Position numbers and translations under genes: made by a program. Below, piece by piece: positions 20,302 through 29,847 of a stretch of DNA of 64,000 nt (within the stretch, counting starts at the first letter, position 1; each line of letters begins with the position of its first letter). The DNA comes from an uncultured delta proteobacterium (GTDB taxonomy: Bacteria; Desulfobacterota; Binatia; UBA9968): NCBI GenBank assembly GCA_963727625.1, contig CAVSHR010000004.1:736001-800000 (forward strand), read 5' to 3'. Under the pieces are notes generated by a model. It searched no databases. It was not told the origin of the DNA and saw only the letters and a list, made by a program, of their open reading frames with translations.

Positions 20302-21354
20302 GTGCCGAAGCTCGACCACCGAGAACTCTCAAGATTCTGCAGCCAGCTTCTTTCCGCCGGCGGCATTCCGGCCGACGACGCCAAGCTCGTTGCGGAATTG
20401 CTCGTCAAAGCCGATTTACGGGGCTATTCCGGCCATGGGGTAACCCGAGTCAATCAATATTTGGCGTTCGTCCGAAACAAGACCTACGATCTCAGCGCGA
20501 AGCCCGTAATCGAACGCGAAGGCAAAGTCACCGCGATCATCGACGCCAAACACTCTATCGGCCAAGTCGCCGCACATATGGCGATCGAGCTGGCCATAAA
20601 AAAAGCCAAAGAACATGGCACCGGCATCGTCTGTTTGCGCCGCGCCGGTCACACTGGACGATTGGCCGATTACATGGAAATGGCGGCTGCGGAAGGGCTG
20701 ATTGGCATGGGCGCGGTGAGCGTCGGTTCGGCGACCACGACACTTTATGGCGGCATGAAGCCGGTTATGGGAACCAACCCGATGGCATTCGGCATTCCGG
20801 CCCGCGACGGCCGGCAAATCATCCTCGACTTCGCCACCGCATCCATGAGCATGGGCGAAATCCAGAAACGCGTGGCGCGCAAAGAGCCGCTTCCCGCAGG
20901 CGTGCTCCTAGACGGCCACGGCCAACCCACGAACGACTTCAGAACTTTTCGCGGGCCGCCACGCGGCGTGTTTTTACCTTTCGGCGGTTATAAAGGTTCG
21001 GGCATAGCCCTGATAACGGAAATCCTCGGCGGCCTCCTGTCCGGCAACGGCCTGGGCAAACAGTGGTGGAACAAGGGCGGCCACGGCGTCAACGGGGTTT
21101 TTCTCCTGGCCTTCGCGGTCGAAGAGTTTCAGGAGCTAGAGAGTTTTTACGACCGAGTCGACGAATTAATCGCGTTCATCAAATCTACCCAATGCGCGCC
21201 AGGCTTCGCGGAAATCTTGCTGCCCGGCGAGTCGGGTCGGCGTCGCGAAGCCGAGCAGAAATCCGCCGGTGTCGCCGTCGGCGACAGTACCTGGTCGGAG
21301 CTCATCGAATTAGCCGCAGAATTAGGGGTAAGTGAAGTGCCCGCCTGCGGTTGA
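20302..21354 (+). CDS. Ldh_2 family oxidoreductase (malate/L-sulfolactate/ureidoglycolate dehydrogenase type)
   Basis: ADLRG.SGHG, HTGRL, GTNPMAF, LDFAT, PFGGYKGSG, LPGE. Confidence 0.9.
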   Translation: MPKLDHRELSRFCSQLLSAGGIPADDAKLVAELLVKADLRGYSGHGVTRVNQYLAFVRNKTYDLSAKPVIEREGKVTAIIDAKHSIGQVAAHMAIELAIKKAKEHGTGIVCLRRAGHTGRLADYMEMAAAEGLIGMGAVSVGSATTTLYGGMKPVMGTNPMAFGIPARDGRQIILDFATASMSMGEIQKRVARKEPLPAGVLLDGHGQPTNDFRTFRGPPRGVFLPFGGYKGSGIALITEILGGLLSGNGLGKQWWNKGGHGVNGVFLLAFAVEEFQELESFYDRVDELIAFIKSTQCAPGFAEILLPGESGRRREAEQKSAGVAVGDSTWSELIELAAELGVSEVPACG

Positions 21355-21399
21355 CCGAAGCGCGGAATCGTCGCAGTCTAGAAAAAAGGAGGCAACAAA

Positions 21400-22221
21400 A
21401 TGGTCATACGAGAACTCAAAGACGGACGCTGTTACGCGGCTCTGCAGGAAGATCACGCCGAGCTTGCGGCGCAATTCGCCGCGCACTGGGGCAACGCGCG
21501 CTTCTCCAAGCTTCGCCCCTATCAGACTATGGTCCTCGCCACGACCTATCACGACAGCGGCTATCGCGAATGGGAAGGAACCCCGCCGATGAACGTTGCC
21601 AAAGGGCGTCCCTACGCGCACCGCGAGGATGTGCCGAATTTCGAAGCGACCGAGCTGAAAGCCTACGCGAAAAATGTCGATTGGCTGAGCGCGCAGGACC
21701 CCTACGCCGCCCTGCTCGTCTCCATGCACCGCACCGGGCTATGGCACAATCGCTACAACATTTTTACCGAACCGGCGGGCAGATTGCGCGAGCGCAGCCA
21801 AGCGATCAAAGACGCCAAGATCAAACTGGAGACCCAGCAGGCCGAGGTCAAGCGCAAATTGATGGAGTTGGAACCCGGATTCGAGAACGAGCTTGCGTAC
21901 AATTACATGGCACTGCAGATTTTCGATCTGCTGTCGCTCTATTTCTGCTGTGACGGCTACGCCTCAGAAGATCAGTTCAAGGAATACACGATAGCGCCGG
22001 TGCGCCTCAGTTACGAAAGCGATGAAGCAGTCAAGCTCACGCTCCGCCCCAATGGCGCCGGCTCGGTGATCATCGATCCCTATCCGTTCGATGCGAGCTC
22101 GCTAAAGTTCTCCGCCCGCGCCCGCGTCGTCGCCCCGCCGGCGGAAAAATCCGAAGCTGCCTGCATCGACGCGTACCACAAGGCAGCGCGGCAAATGATC
22201 ACGTTCGAAGTCTCGGCCTGA
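21400..22221 (+). CDS. DUF3891 family protein
   Basis: Q.DHA.LA.QFA.HWGN, HD.G..EWE, PYAALLVSMH, DLLSLYFC, DPYPF. Confidence 0.75.
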   Translation: MVIRELKDGRCYAALQEDHAELAAQFAAHWGNARFSKLRPYQTMVLATTYHDSGYREWEGTPPMNVAKGRPYAHREDVPNFEATELKAYAKNVDWLSAQDPYAALLVSMHRTGLWHNRYNIFTEPAGRLRERSQAIKDAKIKLETQQAEVKRKLMELEPGFENELAYNYMALQIFDLLSLYFCCDGYASEDQFKEYTIAPVRLSYESDEAVKLTLRPNGAGSVIIDPYPFDASSLKFSARARVVAPPAEKSEAACIDAYHKAARQMITFEVSA

Positions 22222-22240
22222 TTCAAGCGACAGATGATCC

Positions 22241-22320
22241 CACCACGAAGGTCACGGAGCACACGAAGGTTTAGGACACAAGTTCTCAAAAACTTCGTGA
22301 TCTTCGTGCGCTTCGTGGTG
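22241..22320. repeat. Family B palindrome (9-nt units)
   Basis: cac cacgaaggt cacggagca cacgaaggt ... acttcgtg atcttcgtg cgcttcgtg gtg, between convergent genes. Confidence 0.85.
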
Positions 22321-22330
22321 AGTCCGATCC

Positions 22331-22969
22331 TCACTCATCGTAAATCTCCACGCGGATCGCCTGTCCTCTTCCCGACTCCGGACAGGCGCTCGCCGCCACC
22401 AACAAATCCATTTCGGCGCGCAAGTCGACATGCGCTTCGTCTTTCGGCCGAATCATCGTGTCGTACATGACGCCGGTGTCGGCATCGATGCGCATGCACT
22501 GAAAAATGTTGAACGGGCTCGGCACGTTGTCAGGCGCGATTTTCCACGGCTTAACCGCATTGCTTAGATTCTCCCAGCAGCCGTGATCGGGAATCTCTTC
22601 CGCCTTCTTGGGATTGATATCGACGCCCTCGGCGAAGACCCGTTTCGATTGCCCCTGCGCGACCATCTCGAAGCGCTTGCGGCTGCACATGCCCTTCTGC
22701 AAATCATGCCTCCCCTCGATGAAGCTATCTTCTACGATCGTCAGCATGGAATTATTTCTCTTTGAGTAAAGAACATCGCCGGAGCTGATGAAAATTTTCA
22801 CCTGATTGGTTTTGGTCCGCGCCTGATCGAAGCGCTCGGTCAAATCGTGCAGATTAAACGCCACGAAATCGACGATGCTCTTCCCTGCAATCCGAATTCT
22901 CTGCCCCTTTTTCAACTCAAACGCTGCGCCGGAATTCTTCGGTACGACTTCACTCGTTACGATCGCCAT
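22331..22969 (-). CDS. Urea carboxylase-associated family protein (DUF1989)
   Basis: KGQRIRI, VDFVAFN, HD....CS, GCWENL, PFNIF, LRAEMDLLVAASACP; AAGGAG RBS. Confidence 0.85.
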   Translation of the reverse strand: MAIVTSEVVPKNSGAAFELKKGQRIRIAGKSIVDFVAFNLHDLTERFDQARTKTNQVKIFISSGDVLYSKRNNSMLTIVEDSFIEGRHDLQKGMCSRKRFEMVAQGQSKRVFAEGVDINPKKAEEIPDHGCWENLSNAVKPWKIAPDNVPSPFNIFQCMRIDADTGVMYDTMIRPKDEAHVDLRAEMDLLVAASACPESGRGQAIRVEIYDE

Positions 22970-23273
22970 TGGGTCTCCTTGCAATGACAGGCTTGCCAAG
23001 CGGGATGATTCTTTCACCGCAAAATGACTGCTGTCAATCGGATGACATTTGCTCGAGCGGAACCGCAACCTTTCCAATGTTATTGGTGATCGGGTTAAGG
23101 CAGGCCATGGCCCCCGGCGGACAACAAATGCCCGGAGTTTTACTGTTTAGGTGAAATCTACCGGGCGAAAAAGGCCGTTGGGCCGCGAAAAGGAAGCGCC
23201 TCGCTGATCTCCGGTGAAAACCACTTTGCGCGGCGTGTTCGCCGCGCTTCGATCGCAATTTAGCACAAATTCG

Positions 23274-24176
23274 CTATTGTTGCGTGCCGAAGATGGAAAT
23301 TTGCTGGACTTCGAACTCTCCGCCTTTATTGATGAAGGCAAAACCATCGAACGGATCGCTGTAAGCTCGGTCAACCGTACGGATGACTTCCTTGGCGTCC
23401 AAGAGCACTACCATTTCGCCGTCGCCGCTTCGGCGCCACTCAAATGTGTGCGGAACACCGTCGTCAAGGACGATTTCTTGACCGACTCGCTCGATGACAG
23501 ACGAACGGTTTGACCCAAAACGAAGCAACGACAAAGACGGAGCGCTTCCAGACTCATAGGCCAGCCGGTATCCCGAGCTTCGGTCTTGGCCCTGATATGG
23601 ACCAAATTCTAACCGGTTGGTTCGGTCGCCATAGTTCTTTGAGTCAATCTTAAGCTTGAGCGCAAAAGCATTGCTGATCCCGACCCGGGTAATGATCTCA
23701 GCTTCGGGTTTTGCGCCCGTTTGCGCTTCACCGGCTGTCTGTTCGCGGTTTCCGAGCAAAATGTCGGTCAATACGTCCAAAGCGGGGCTGTCGCTTCCAC
23801 GGTCCGATGTACGGTACCTTCCGGACGAAGGCAGTTCTAAATAAGTCCCGAGCCCTCCCCCCCGCCGCACCCAAAATTCCCCGCGGTTTACCGTCCAACG
23901 CGGATTGTAGGTATAATCGCCGTCACGAAAGTCATCGTAAAGAAGCGAAACTCTCCAAGGCCAATCGTACCGGCGAACCAGATCCTTTAGCTGCCTGGTT
24001 ATAGAGAAACTGGATCGCCGGTCATGTTCCGCTCCGCGAATCACGTCCTTCAAAAGATCCACCAACTCCTGCGTCCGACTGCCTGAGACCTGCTCCTGAT
24101 CCATTTGGGCCCGGACAGCCGAAGCCGAAACGATCGTAAAAAACATCGCAAGCAAGACGACTCGGCTTGTATTCAT
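23274..24176 (-). CDS. Secreted hypothetical protein with a beta-sandwich (laminin-G/ConA-like) C-terminal domain
   Basis: Signal peptide ending VRA; DDFRDGDY..NPRW and beta-strand-rich sequence; lower GC than flanks. Confidence 0.6.
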   Translation of the reverse strand: MNTSRVVLLAMFFTIVSASAVRAQMDQEQVSGSRTQELVDLLKDVIRGAEHDRRSSFSITRQLKDLVRRYDWPWRVSLLYDDFRDGDYTYNPRWTVNRGEFWVRRGGGLGTYLELPSSGRYRTSDRGSDSPALDVLTDILLGNREQTAGEAQTGAKPEAEIITRVGISNAFALKLKIDSKNYGDRTNRLEFGPYQGQDRSSGYRLAYESGSAPSLSLLRFGSNRSSVIERVGQEIVLDDGVPHTFEWRRSGDGEMVVLLDAKEVIRTVDRAYSDPFDGFAFINKGGEFEVQQISIFGTQQ

Positions 24177-24504
24177 CTTTCCACCTGCACTTTCTCGGTT
24201 CAACATTTATTGAACTCGGCTGATTTTCTATTTCCACTCGGGAGACCTAAGCAAGGCGCATACCGCCCCTTCGCACCGTCGAATCACTCACATTCAAGGA
24301 AATTCGTGGAATTGTCAGAATTTCAAAGAACTAAATTCTGTGAGAAAGGAACGAAAATGTACGCGGTCGGAAGGCTAAGTTTTGCTTGGCCCGCCAAGGC
24401 AGTCGCGTTCTCGCCGCGGTAAAAAGCTCACTTAAGACAATTCATTGCGGCTGGCGGATACGAAGGATGACAACGTGAGTTCCGTACGCCCCGGGCAATG
24501 AACG

Positions 24505-24592
24505 TCGCCGCGATCGGAAGTTGCTGCCCCTTCTTCACCTCAAACGCGGCGCCGAAATTTTTCGGCACGATTTCGCTCTTCACAATAGCCAT
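24505..24592 (-). pseudogene. Truncated paralog of the DUF1989 gene (first about 28 codons)
   Basis: MAIVKSEIVPKNFGAAFEVKKGQQLPIA versus MAIVTSEVVPKNSGAAFELKKGQRIRIA at 22969; same AAGGAG RBS; similarity then stops. Confidence 0.8.
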
Positions 24593-24853
24593 AGGGGCTC
24601 CTTTACACGTCCGCAAAGCGGGACAATTCTTTTGATCAGGGCACAAGACGTATCAAGTCCTGTGGACGGAAACGAAAATATTTTTGGGGGCAGTTTGCAG
24701 ACTGAGCAGCTCTTGCCCGGCTCGTAAGCCCGGTCTGTTGAGGTCTACTTGTTGCAAGGGCGTGGAGGCACGCGATTCGGGATCGAAGCCCGCTTCGGTG
24801 AGCGCGCGTTTATGGCACCGGTAGGCGAATCGATGATGCGGGTCGCTCGGTTT

Positions 24854-25861
24854 TCATGACATGCCGCGCTGTGAGTTTCCAGGCGGTAGGTTTCCAAAAT
24901 CCTGGAGCCTCCCGTCGGGAGTTCTAACGACATGTTTTAGAGGCGCGCCCGAAAGATAACGTCGCGTGTTGTCGCGGATAAGTTCGCTCATCCGACGCCA
25001 CAATTCCGGCCCGCCCTGCCCGCCCACATGGGGTGTCATCAGCACGTTGGGGAGATCCCAGAGCGGACTCGCCACCGGCAATGGTTCTTGGGCGAAGGCG
25101 TCGAGGCCGGCCCCCATGATGCGCCCCTCGGTGAGAGCCCGTACCAGTGCCGCCTCATCCACCACCTTGCCTCGGGAAATGTTCACGAGGATCGCCGTCT
25201 CTTTCATGAGCGCGATCCTTTCGGCGCTCATGAATCCCCGGGTGACGCTGTCGAGCGGCATCGCCACCATCACCACGTCGGCAGTGGGAAGCACCTCGGC
25301 GACTTTTTCCCGGGACACCACACGGTCGATCTCGGGCGCGGCGGGGGCGGGTGCGCGGGTGACGCAGATCACCTCCATGTCGAATGCCTTAGCCTTTCGC
25401 GCGATGTCCTGACCGATGCGGCCCATGCCGAGAATCACCATGCGCGCTCCATCGGGCGCGGCCATGTGGTCGGACATGGCCTGCCGCGCCCAAACCCGTT
25501 GCGCGCGGCAGGCCTCGAACCGGTGAAAGCCGCGCATGACACCTAGCATCAGGGCGATGGCGTGGCCGGCCAGCACCCGCTGGCTGACGCCGCCGGAGTT
25601 CGTTACCCAGACACCGTCGGGCAGCCCCGCCCTCAACGCAACATCGATACCGACAGTGGTGAACTGGATCCACTTGAGAGCGCGCCCCTTGTCGCGCACC
25701 AGTTTCGCGAACTCGGGGGTGAAAGCGGAGTTGTAGACAACAAGGACTTCCGCGCCGTCGAGCGCTCCGGCCAGAGACTCCAAGCTATCGGCCTTGACTG
25801 CTTCGACCTCGGGAAATTCCTGCAGAAAGTCTTCGTCCACCACATCGTGAGTAGCGCGCAC
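24854..25861 (-). CDS. D-2-hydroxyacid dehydrogenase; 5' end possibly frameshifted
   Basis: ILGMGRIG, VNISRGKVVDE, GAGLDAF..EPLP, TPHVGG. Confidence 0.85.
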   Translation of the reverse strand: MRATHDVVDEDFLQEFPEVEAVKADSLESLAGALDGAEVLVVYNSAFTPEFAKLVRDKGRALKWIQFTTVGIDVALRAGLPDGVWVTNSGGVSQRVLAGHAIALMLGVMRGFHRFEACRAQRVWARQAMSDHMAAPDGARMVILGMGRIGQDIARKAKAFDMEVICVTRAPAPAAPEIDRVVSREKVAEVLPTADVVMVAMPLDSVTRGFMSAERIALMKETAILVNISRGKVVDEAALVRALTEGRIMGAGLDAFAQEPLPVASPLWDLPNVLMTPHVGGQGGPELWRRMSELIRDNTRRYLSGAPLKHVVRTPDGRLQDFGNLPPGNSQRGMS

Positions 25862-26175
25862 AACTGGGCAACACGAACTGTCACGCCGTCCCTTTCTGAC
25901 CTAGGCACGCCGATGCGCGCGGTCGCGGATAAGAATTTTAAGCACCACTTTTTTCTAACTGGAGGTTTATCGACAAACCCTTGGGTCGTCGGGCGGCACA
26001 ACCTTAATCTCCAAGATAGCCTTAGGATTTCCTTAACACGCCTGCCAAGCGACCAAATTCTTTCATCGTCCGATAGAGCTGTCAAACAAACTAGCCGCAA
26101 ATCCTTCCGGCCACGTTAGATCAAATCGATAGCCCAAAGATTACACACCTACTGGAAATACCGCGTGTGATTATT

Positions 26176-26280
26176 GTGCTCGGTGACACGGGCATGGGTC
26201 TCACCGGAAGCGAGATCGGCCGTTACCTTCGCGAATGTGGCCTCGCCGACCGTAATCCGGCGATTACGCTATGGCGGGAG
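26176..26280 (+). pseudogene. Fragment resembling the N-terminus of TIGR02391-family proteins
   Basis: VLGDTGMGLTGSEIGRYLRECGLADRNPAITLW, downstream of a GTTAGAT core at 26115; family match recalled, not searched. Confidence 0.5.
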
Positions 26281-26862
26281 ACACCACGATCCCTATGGAG
26301 GATAGGCAAACGATCGTAGGGGCGCTTGTTTTGGCGATTCGCCGGGACCTATTACGCCGCAAGTTAGTGCGACAAACCAGCCTTCAGCCGAAAGACTACG
26401 TGCACGTGTCGCCGGGAAAATAGCGGCGCCCAACAAAGTCTTGCAGCAGACCGCCCCGAGGGGGCTTGGGTGTCCCTCGTTGCTTCGCGCCTAGCGGCTG
26501 AAGGCGAATGTTGTATGCAGATAATTAATGCAACCCGAATCGGAGACGCTGTTCGTGCCGCTGAGATGGGCATTGGAACCATCGACAGGAGTGATAACCA
26601 TGACTCACCGAATGCCTCAGTCCGGCCGGGGCACCGGTCAGCCCGTTAGGAGTAGTGGCGGCCACAGAACAGCCCACACAAGACACGAACGCCACACGCC
26701 GCGGGACACAACAGCAAACAGTGGGAAGGAATCGGGACCTTCCGAAATCCTACGGCCCTTGCGGCTCGGATATCATGGACAATCACAGAGCAGGATGCTC
26801 TCGATATGATGACGGTCGCCTCGTTGCCGCATCGGAGACTTGATGAGGCGGTAAAAACGGGC

Positions 26863-26930
26863 GCTTAACAAACGGCTTGAGACGGATCTTCGGACCCGCT
26901 CGCTTCGCTCGCCAGTCTTCGTCCGTTCAG
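26863..26930 (+). mobile_element. Truncated attC-like site
   Basis: GCTTAAC-aaac-GGCTTGAGA...CGCTCGCTTCGCTCG...; closely resembles the attC at 55864 but has lost R'. Confidence 0.65.
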
Positions 26931-27200
26931 AGAAGGGAAACGATTGAAGGTCCAAGGCGTGGTTGCGCAGAGGTTGGTTCAATTTCGCGTTACAACGGAC
27001 AATTGCACTGATTTCCCTAACTGTCCGATACCGAGAAAGGCGACCAGTAAGTGTTACGGCTACGACACCAAACACGACGCAGCCCGGTCGCGTACGGACT
27101 TCTTATTCCTGCCATCGCTTGACGTAAGCACCACTCGGTAAAGATTTGAATTTACCGCCGCCAGCCCATATGATTTCTCCTCGATTGGAGAAAAACATCT

Positions 27201-28658
27201 ATGGACACGATTCGATTTGTCGATACCACGATTCGTGACGGGCATCAGAGTTTGTGGGCGGAAAATATGACCACGGGCATGATGCTGCCGATCGCCAAGA
27301 ATTTGGACGACGCGGGATTTGAAGGCATCGAGCTGATCTCGGGATCGCATCTTAAAAAAACCGTGCGCGAACTCAGAGAAGATCCCTGGGAGCGCGTGCG
27401 GCTGGTGTCGAAAATTATCACCAAGACGCCGCTCAGGCTCATCGCCGGCCGGGTGAATACATTTGAATACAATCCGCCCGCCATGTACCGGCTGTTCGTC
27501 GAGCGCATGGCCGCCAACGGCATCCGCGAGGCGCGCATCTCGGACGAGTGGAACGATTACGAAGGCTGGAAGTTCCGCGTCGGCGAATGCCATAGAGCCG
27601 GTCTCAAATCGATTTTGAATCTGATCTATTCAGTGTCGCCCAAGCATAGCGACGAATACTTCGCCGACCGCACGCGCCAGGCGGCGTCCCTCAAACCCTA
27701 TCGCCTCTGCCTCAAAGACCCCGGCGGTTTGCTCACGCCGGAGCGCATGGAGACTCTGGTGCCGATCATTTTCAAGAATGCCAACGGAGTTCCGGTCGAG
27801 CTGCATACCCATTGCACCACCGGATTAGGTCCGCTTTGCTGCATCAAGGCCATGGAGCTCGGCATCCGCTCGATCAACACGGCGCTGCCGCCGCTGGCCG
27901 ACGATTCCTCGAATCCGTCTCTGTTCAACGTCGCAAAGAACGCCCGCGCGCTCGGTTACGCCACGGCCATCGACGAAGAGCTCTTACAGCCGGTTTCGCG
28001 CCATTTCACCGCCATCGCCAAGCGCGAAGGCTTCACCATCGGTGCGCCGGTGGAGTACGACTACAGCCAGTACCAGCATCAAGTTCCGGGCGGCATGTTG
28101 TCGAATCTACGCTTCCAACTGCGCAAGGTCGGCCTGGAAGATAGATTTCCCGAGGCCCTGGAAGAAACCATCCGCGTTCGCGCCGAGTTCGGCTATCCGA
28201 TCATGGTGACGCCCTTGTCGCAGTTCGTCGGCAGCCAGGCGGCGATCAACGTCATCGTCGGCGAGCGCTACAAAGAAGTGACGGACCAGGTAATCAAATT
28301 CGCCCTCGGCCATGCCGGCGCCGAAGGCGCGCGCGATATGGATCCAAACGTGAAAGACAAAATCTTAAACCGGCCGCGCGCCAAGGAGTGGGCAAAATGG
28401 ACGCCCGACAAACCGACGCCCGATGAGATGCGCCGTCGGCTGGGCGCGGAAGGGACTTCGGACGAAGAGCTGCTGCTGCGCTGGATCGTCGGCAAGGACG
28501 ATATCGACGCCATGCGCGCCAATCCGCGGCCGCTGGAATATTTGAACTCCGAGCAGCCGCTGGTCAATCTCTTGCAGGAGTTATCCAAGCGCACCAAGAA
28601 CCGCCAGATTCATGTTCAGACACCGGGATTTTCGGTAACGCTGGAACGCCGCGCATAG
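27201..28658 (+). CDS. Pyruvate/oxaloacetate carboxyltransferase-family subunit (PycB/OadA-like, no biotinyl domain), paralog 1
   Basis: DTTIRDGHQS, LCLKDPGG, ELHTHCTTG, HQVPGGM, GYPIMVTPLSQFVG. Confidence 0.9.
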   Translation: MDTIRFVDTTIRDGHQSLWAENMTTGMMLPIAKNLDDAGFEGIELISGSHLKKTVRELREDPWERVRLVSKIITKTPLRLIAGRVNTFEYNPPAMYRLFVERMAANGIREARISDEWNDYEGWKFRVGECHRAGLKSILNLIYSVSPKHSDEYFADRTRQAASLKPYRLCLKDPGGLLTPERMETLVPIIFKNANGVPVELHTHCTTGLGPLCCIKAMELGIRSINTALPPLADDSSNPSLFNVAKNARALGYATAIDEELLQPVSRHFTAIAKREGFTIGAPVEYDYSQYQHQVPGGMLSNLRFQLRKVGLEDRFPEALEETIRVRAEFGYPIMVTPLSQFVGSQAAINVIVGERYKEVTDQVIKFALGHAGAEGARDMDPNVKDKILNRPRAKEWAKWTPDKPTPDEMRRRLGAEGTSDEELLLRWIVGKDDIDAMRANPRPLEYLNSEQPLVNLLQELSKRTKNRQIHVQTPGFSVTLERRA

Positions 28659-28828
28659 CGCGGCGTTCCGTTCAAAAGTTCAACGTTCAAGCGTTCAAAG
28701 TGCCGGATTAGGAATACAAGCTTATGCCAACAGACTTTGCCAGTGCTGCTGGCAGTTACGACGGGACCGATGAAAACATTGAACCTTGAACATGGAACGT
28801 TGAACCAGGCGGTCGCGCCGCCTTGAAC
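28643..28828. repeat. Perfect hairpin over the stop codon plus family C palindrome (GTTCAA / TTGAAC units)
   Basis: GGAACGCCGCGC-ata-GCGCGGCGTTCC, then GTTCAA x4 (28670-28698) and T[TG]GAAC x4-5 (28779-28828). Confidence 0.75.
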
Positions 28829-28881
28829 AAAATTTCCCGGAGTGCAATAACCAAAGAAACTTGACGAGGAGGCCCGAGACT

Positions 28882-29739
28882 ATGGCAAGAGATATTGTCG
28901 CAATCGACGTTCACGTCCACTTATCCGATGAGGTGACTCAGAAAGCCAAGGGCGATCGCACCGCACAGATGGCAAAATACTTTGGCCGTGCAAGACCGCC
29001 GGTATCCATCGACGAGATGGCGGATCAATACCGCGCGCGCAAGATGATGGCCGTGATCATGAACACGCGCGACGAAACCGTGACCGGGTTGACTCCCGTA
29101 CCCAACGATTATGTCGCCGCGGCGGTAAAAAAACATCCGGACGTGTTCTTGGCCTTCGGCGCCATCGATCCTTGGACCGGCAAGCTCGCGTTGGACGAAA
29201 TTAAACGCTGCAAAGACCTGGGTCTGACCGGCATGGGCGAGCTCAATCCGGCGCGCCAACACTTTTTTGCCAACGACGTTCGCTTCTACCCGCTCTGGGA
29301 ACAATGCGCCAAGCTCAATATGCCTATTCTGTTTCACGGCGGGATGGCGGCTGCCGGCGCCGGCACGCCCGGTGGCATGGGTATTAAATTGAAATACAGC
29401 CAACCGATTCATCTCGACGAAGTCGCCGCGGATTTCCCCGAGTTAAAAATCATCAGCGCCCATCCGACCTGGCCATGGACCGCGGAAAGCCTCGCCGTCG
29501 CGCGTCACAAAGCCAACTATTTCATCGACCTCTCCGGCTGGGCGCCCAAGTATTTTCCGGCGGAGCTGGTTCACAATGTCAACACGCTACTGCAGGACAA
29601 GGCGATGTTCGGCTCCGATTGGCCGGCCATCGGCGTCGAGCGCTGGCTGGAAGAATTCCAGCAGGTCAACATGAAGCCGGAAGTGCGAAAAAAGATCATG
29701 CTCGACAACGCTTTGAAGTTCTTTGGCATAACGCTGTAG
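28882..29739 (+). CDS. Amidohydrolase_2 family, CouO-like beta-ketoacyl-CoA hydrolase
   Basis: IDVHVH, GAG.PGG.GIKLKYS.P, DEVAADFP, AHP.WPW, IDLSGW.PKYF, FGSDWP; GAGGAGG RBS. Confidence 0.85.
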   Translation: MARDIVAIDVHVHLSDEVTQKAKGDRTAQMAKYFGRARPPVSIDEMADQYRARKMMAVIMNTRDETVTGLTPVPNDYVAAAVKKHPDVFLAFGAIDPWTGKLALDEIKRCKDLGLTGMGELNPARQHFFANDVRFYPLWEQCAKLNMPILFHGGMAAAGAGTPGGMGIKLKYSQPIHLDEVAADFPELKIISAHPTWPWTAESLAVARHKANYFIDLSGWAPKYFPAELVHNVNTLLQDKAMFGSDWPAIGVERWLEEFQQVNMKPEVRKKIMLDNALKFFGITL

Positions 29740-29833
29740 GAGAGTTGGAGTGATGGAATACCGGAGTATTGGGGCAGTGGTCTCGGACAACTCGAAACCC
29801 ATTATTCCACCACTCCATCACTCCGGTATTCGA
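29738..29833. repeat. Family A palindrome
   Basis: tggagtga tggaatac cggagtat tggggcag ... ttattcca ccactcca tcactccg. Confidence 0.85.
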
Positions 29834-29847
29834 ATGATGAATTCGTA

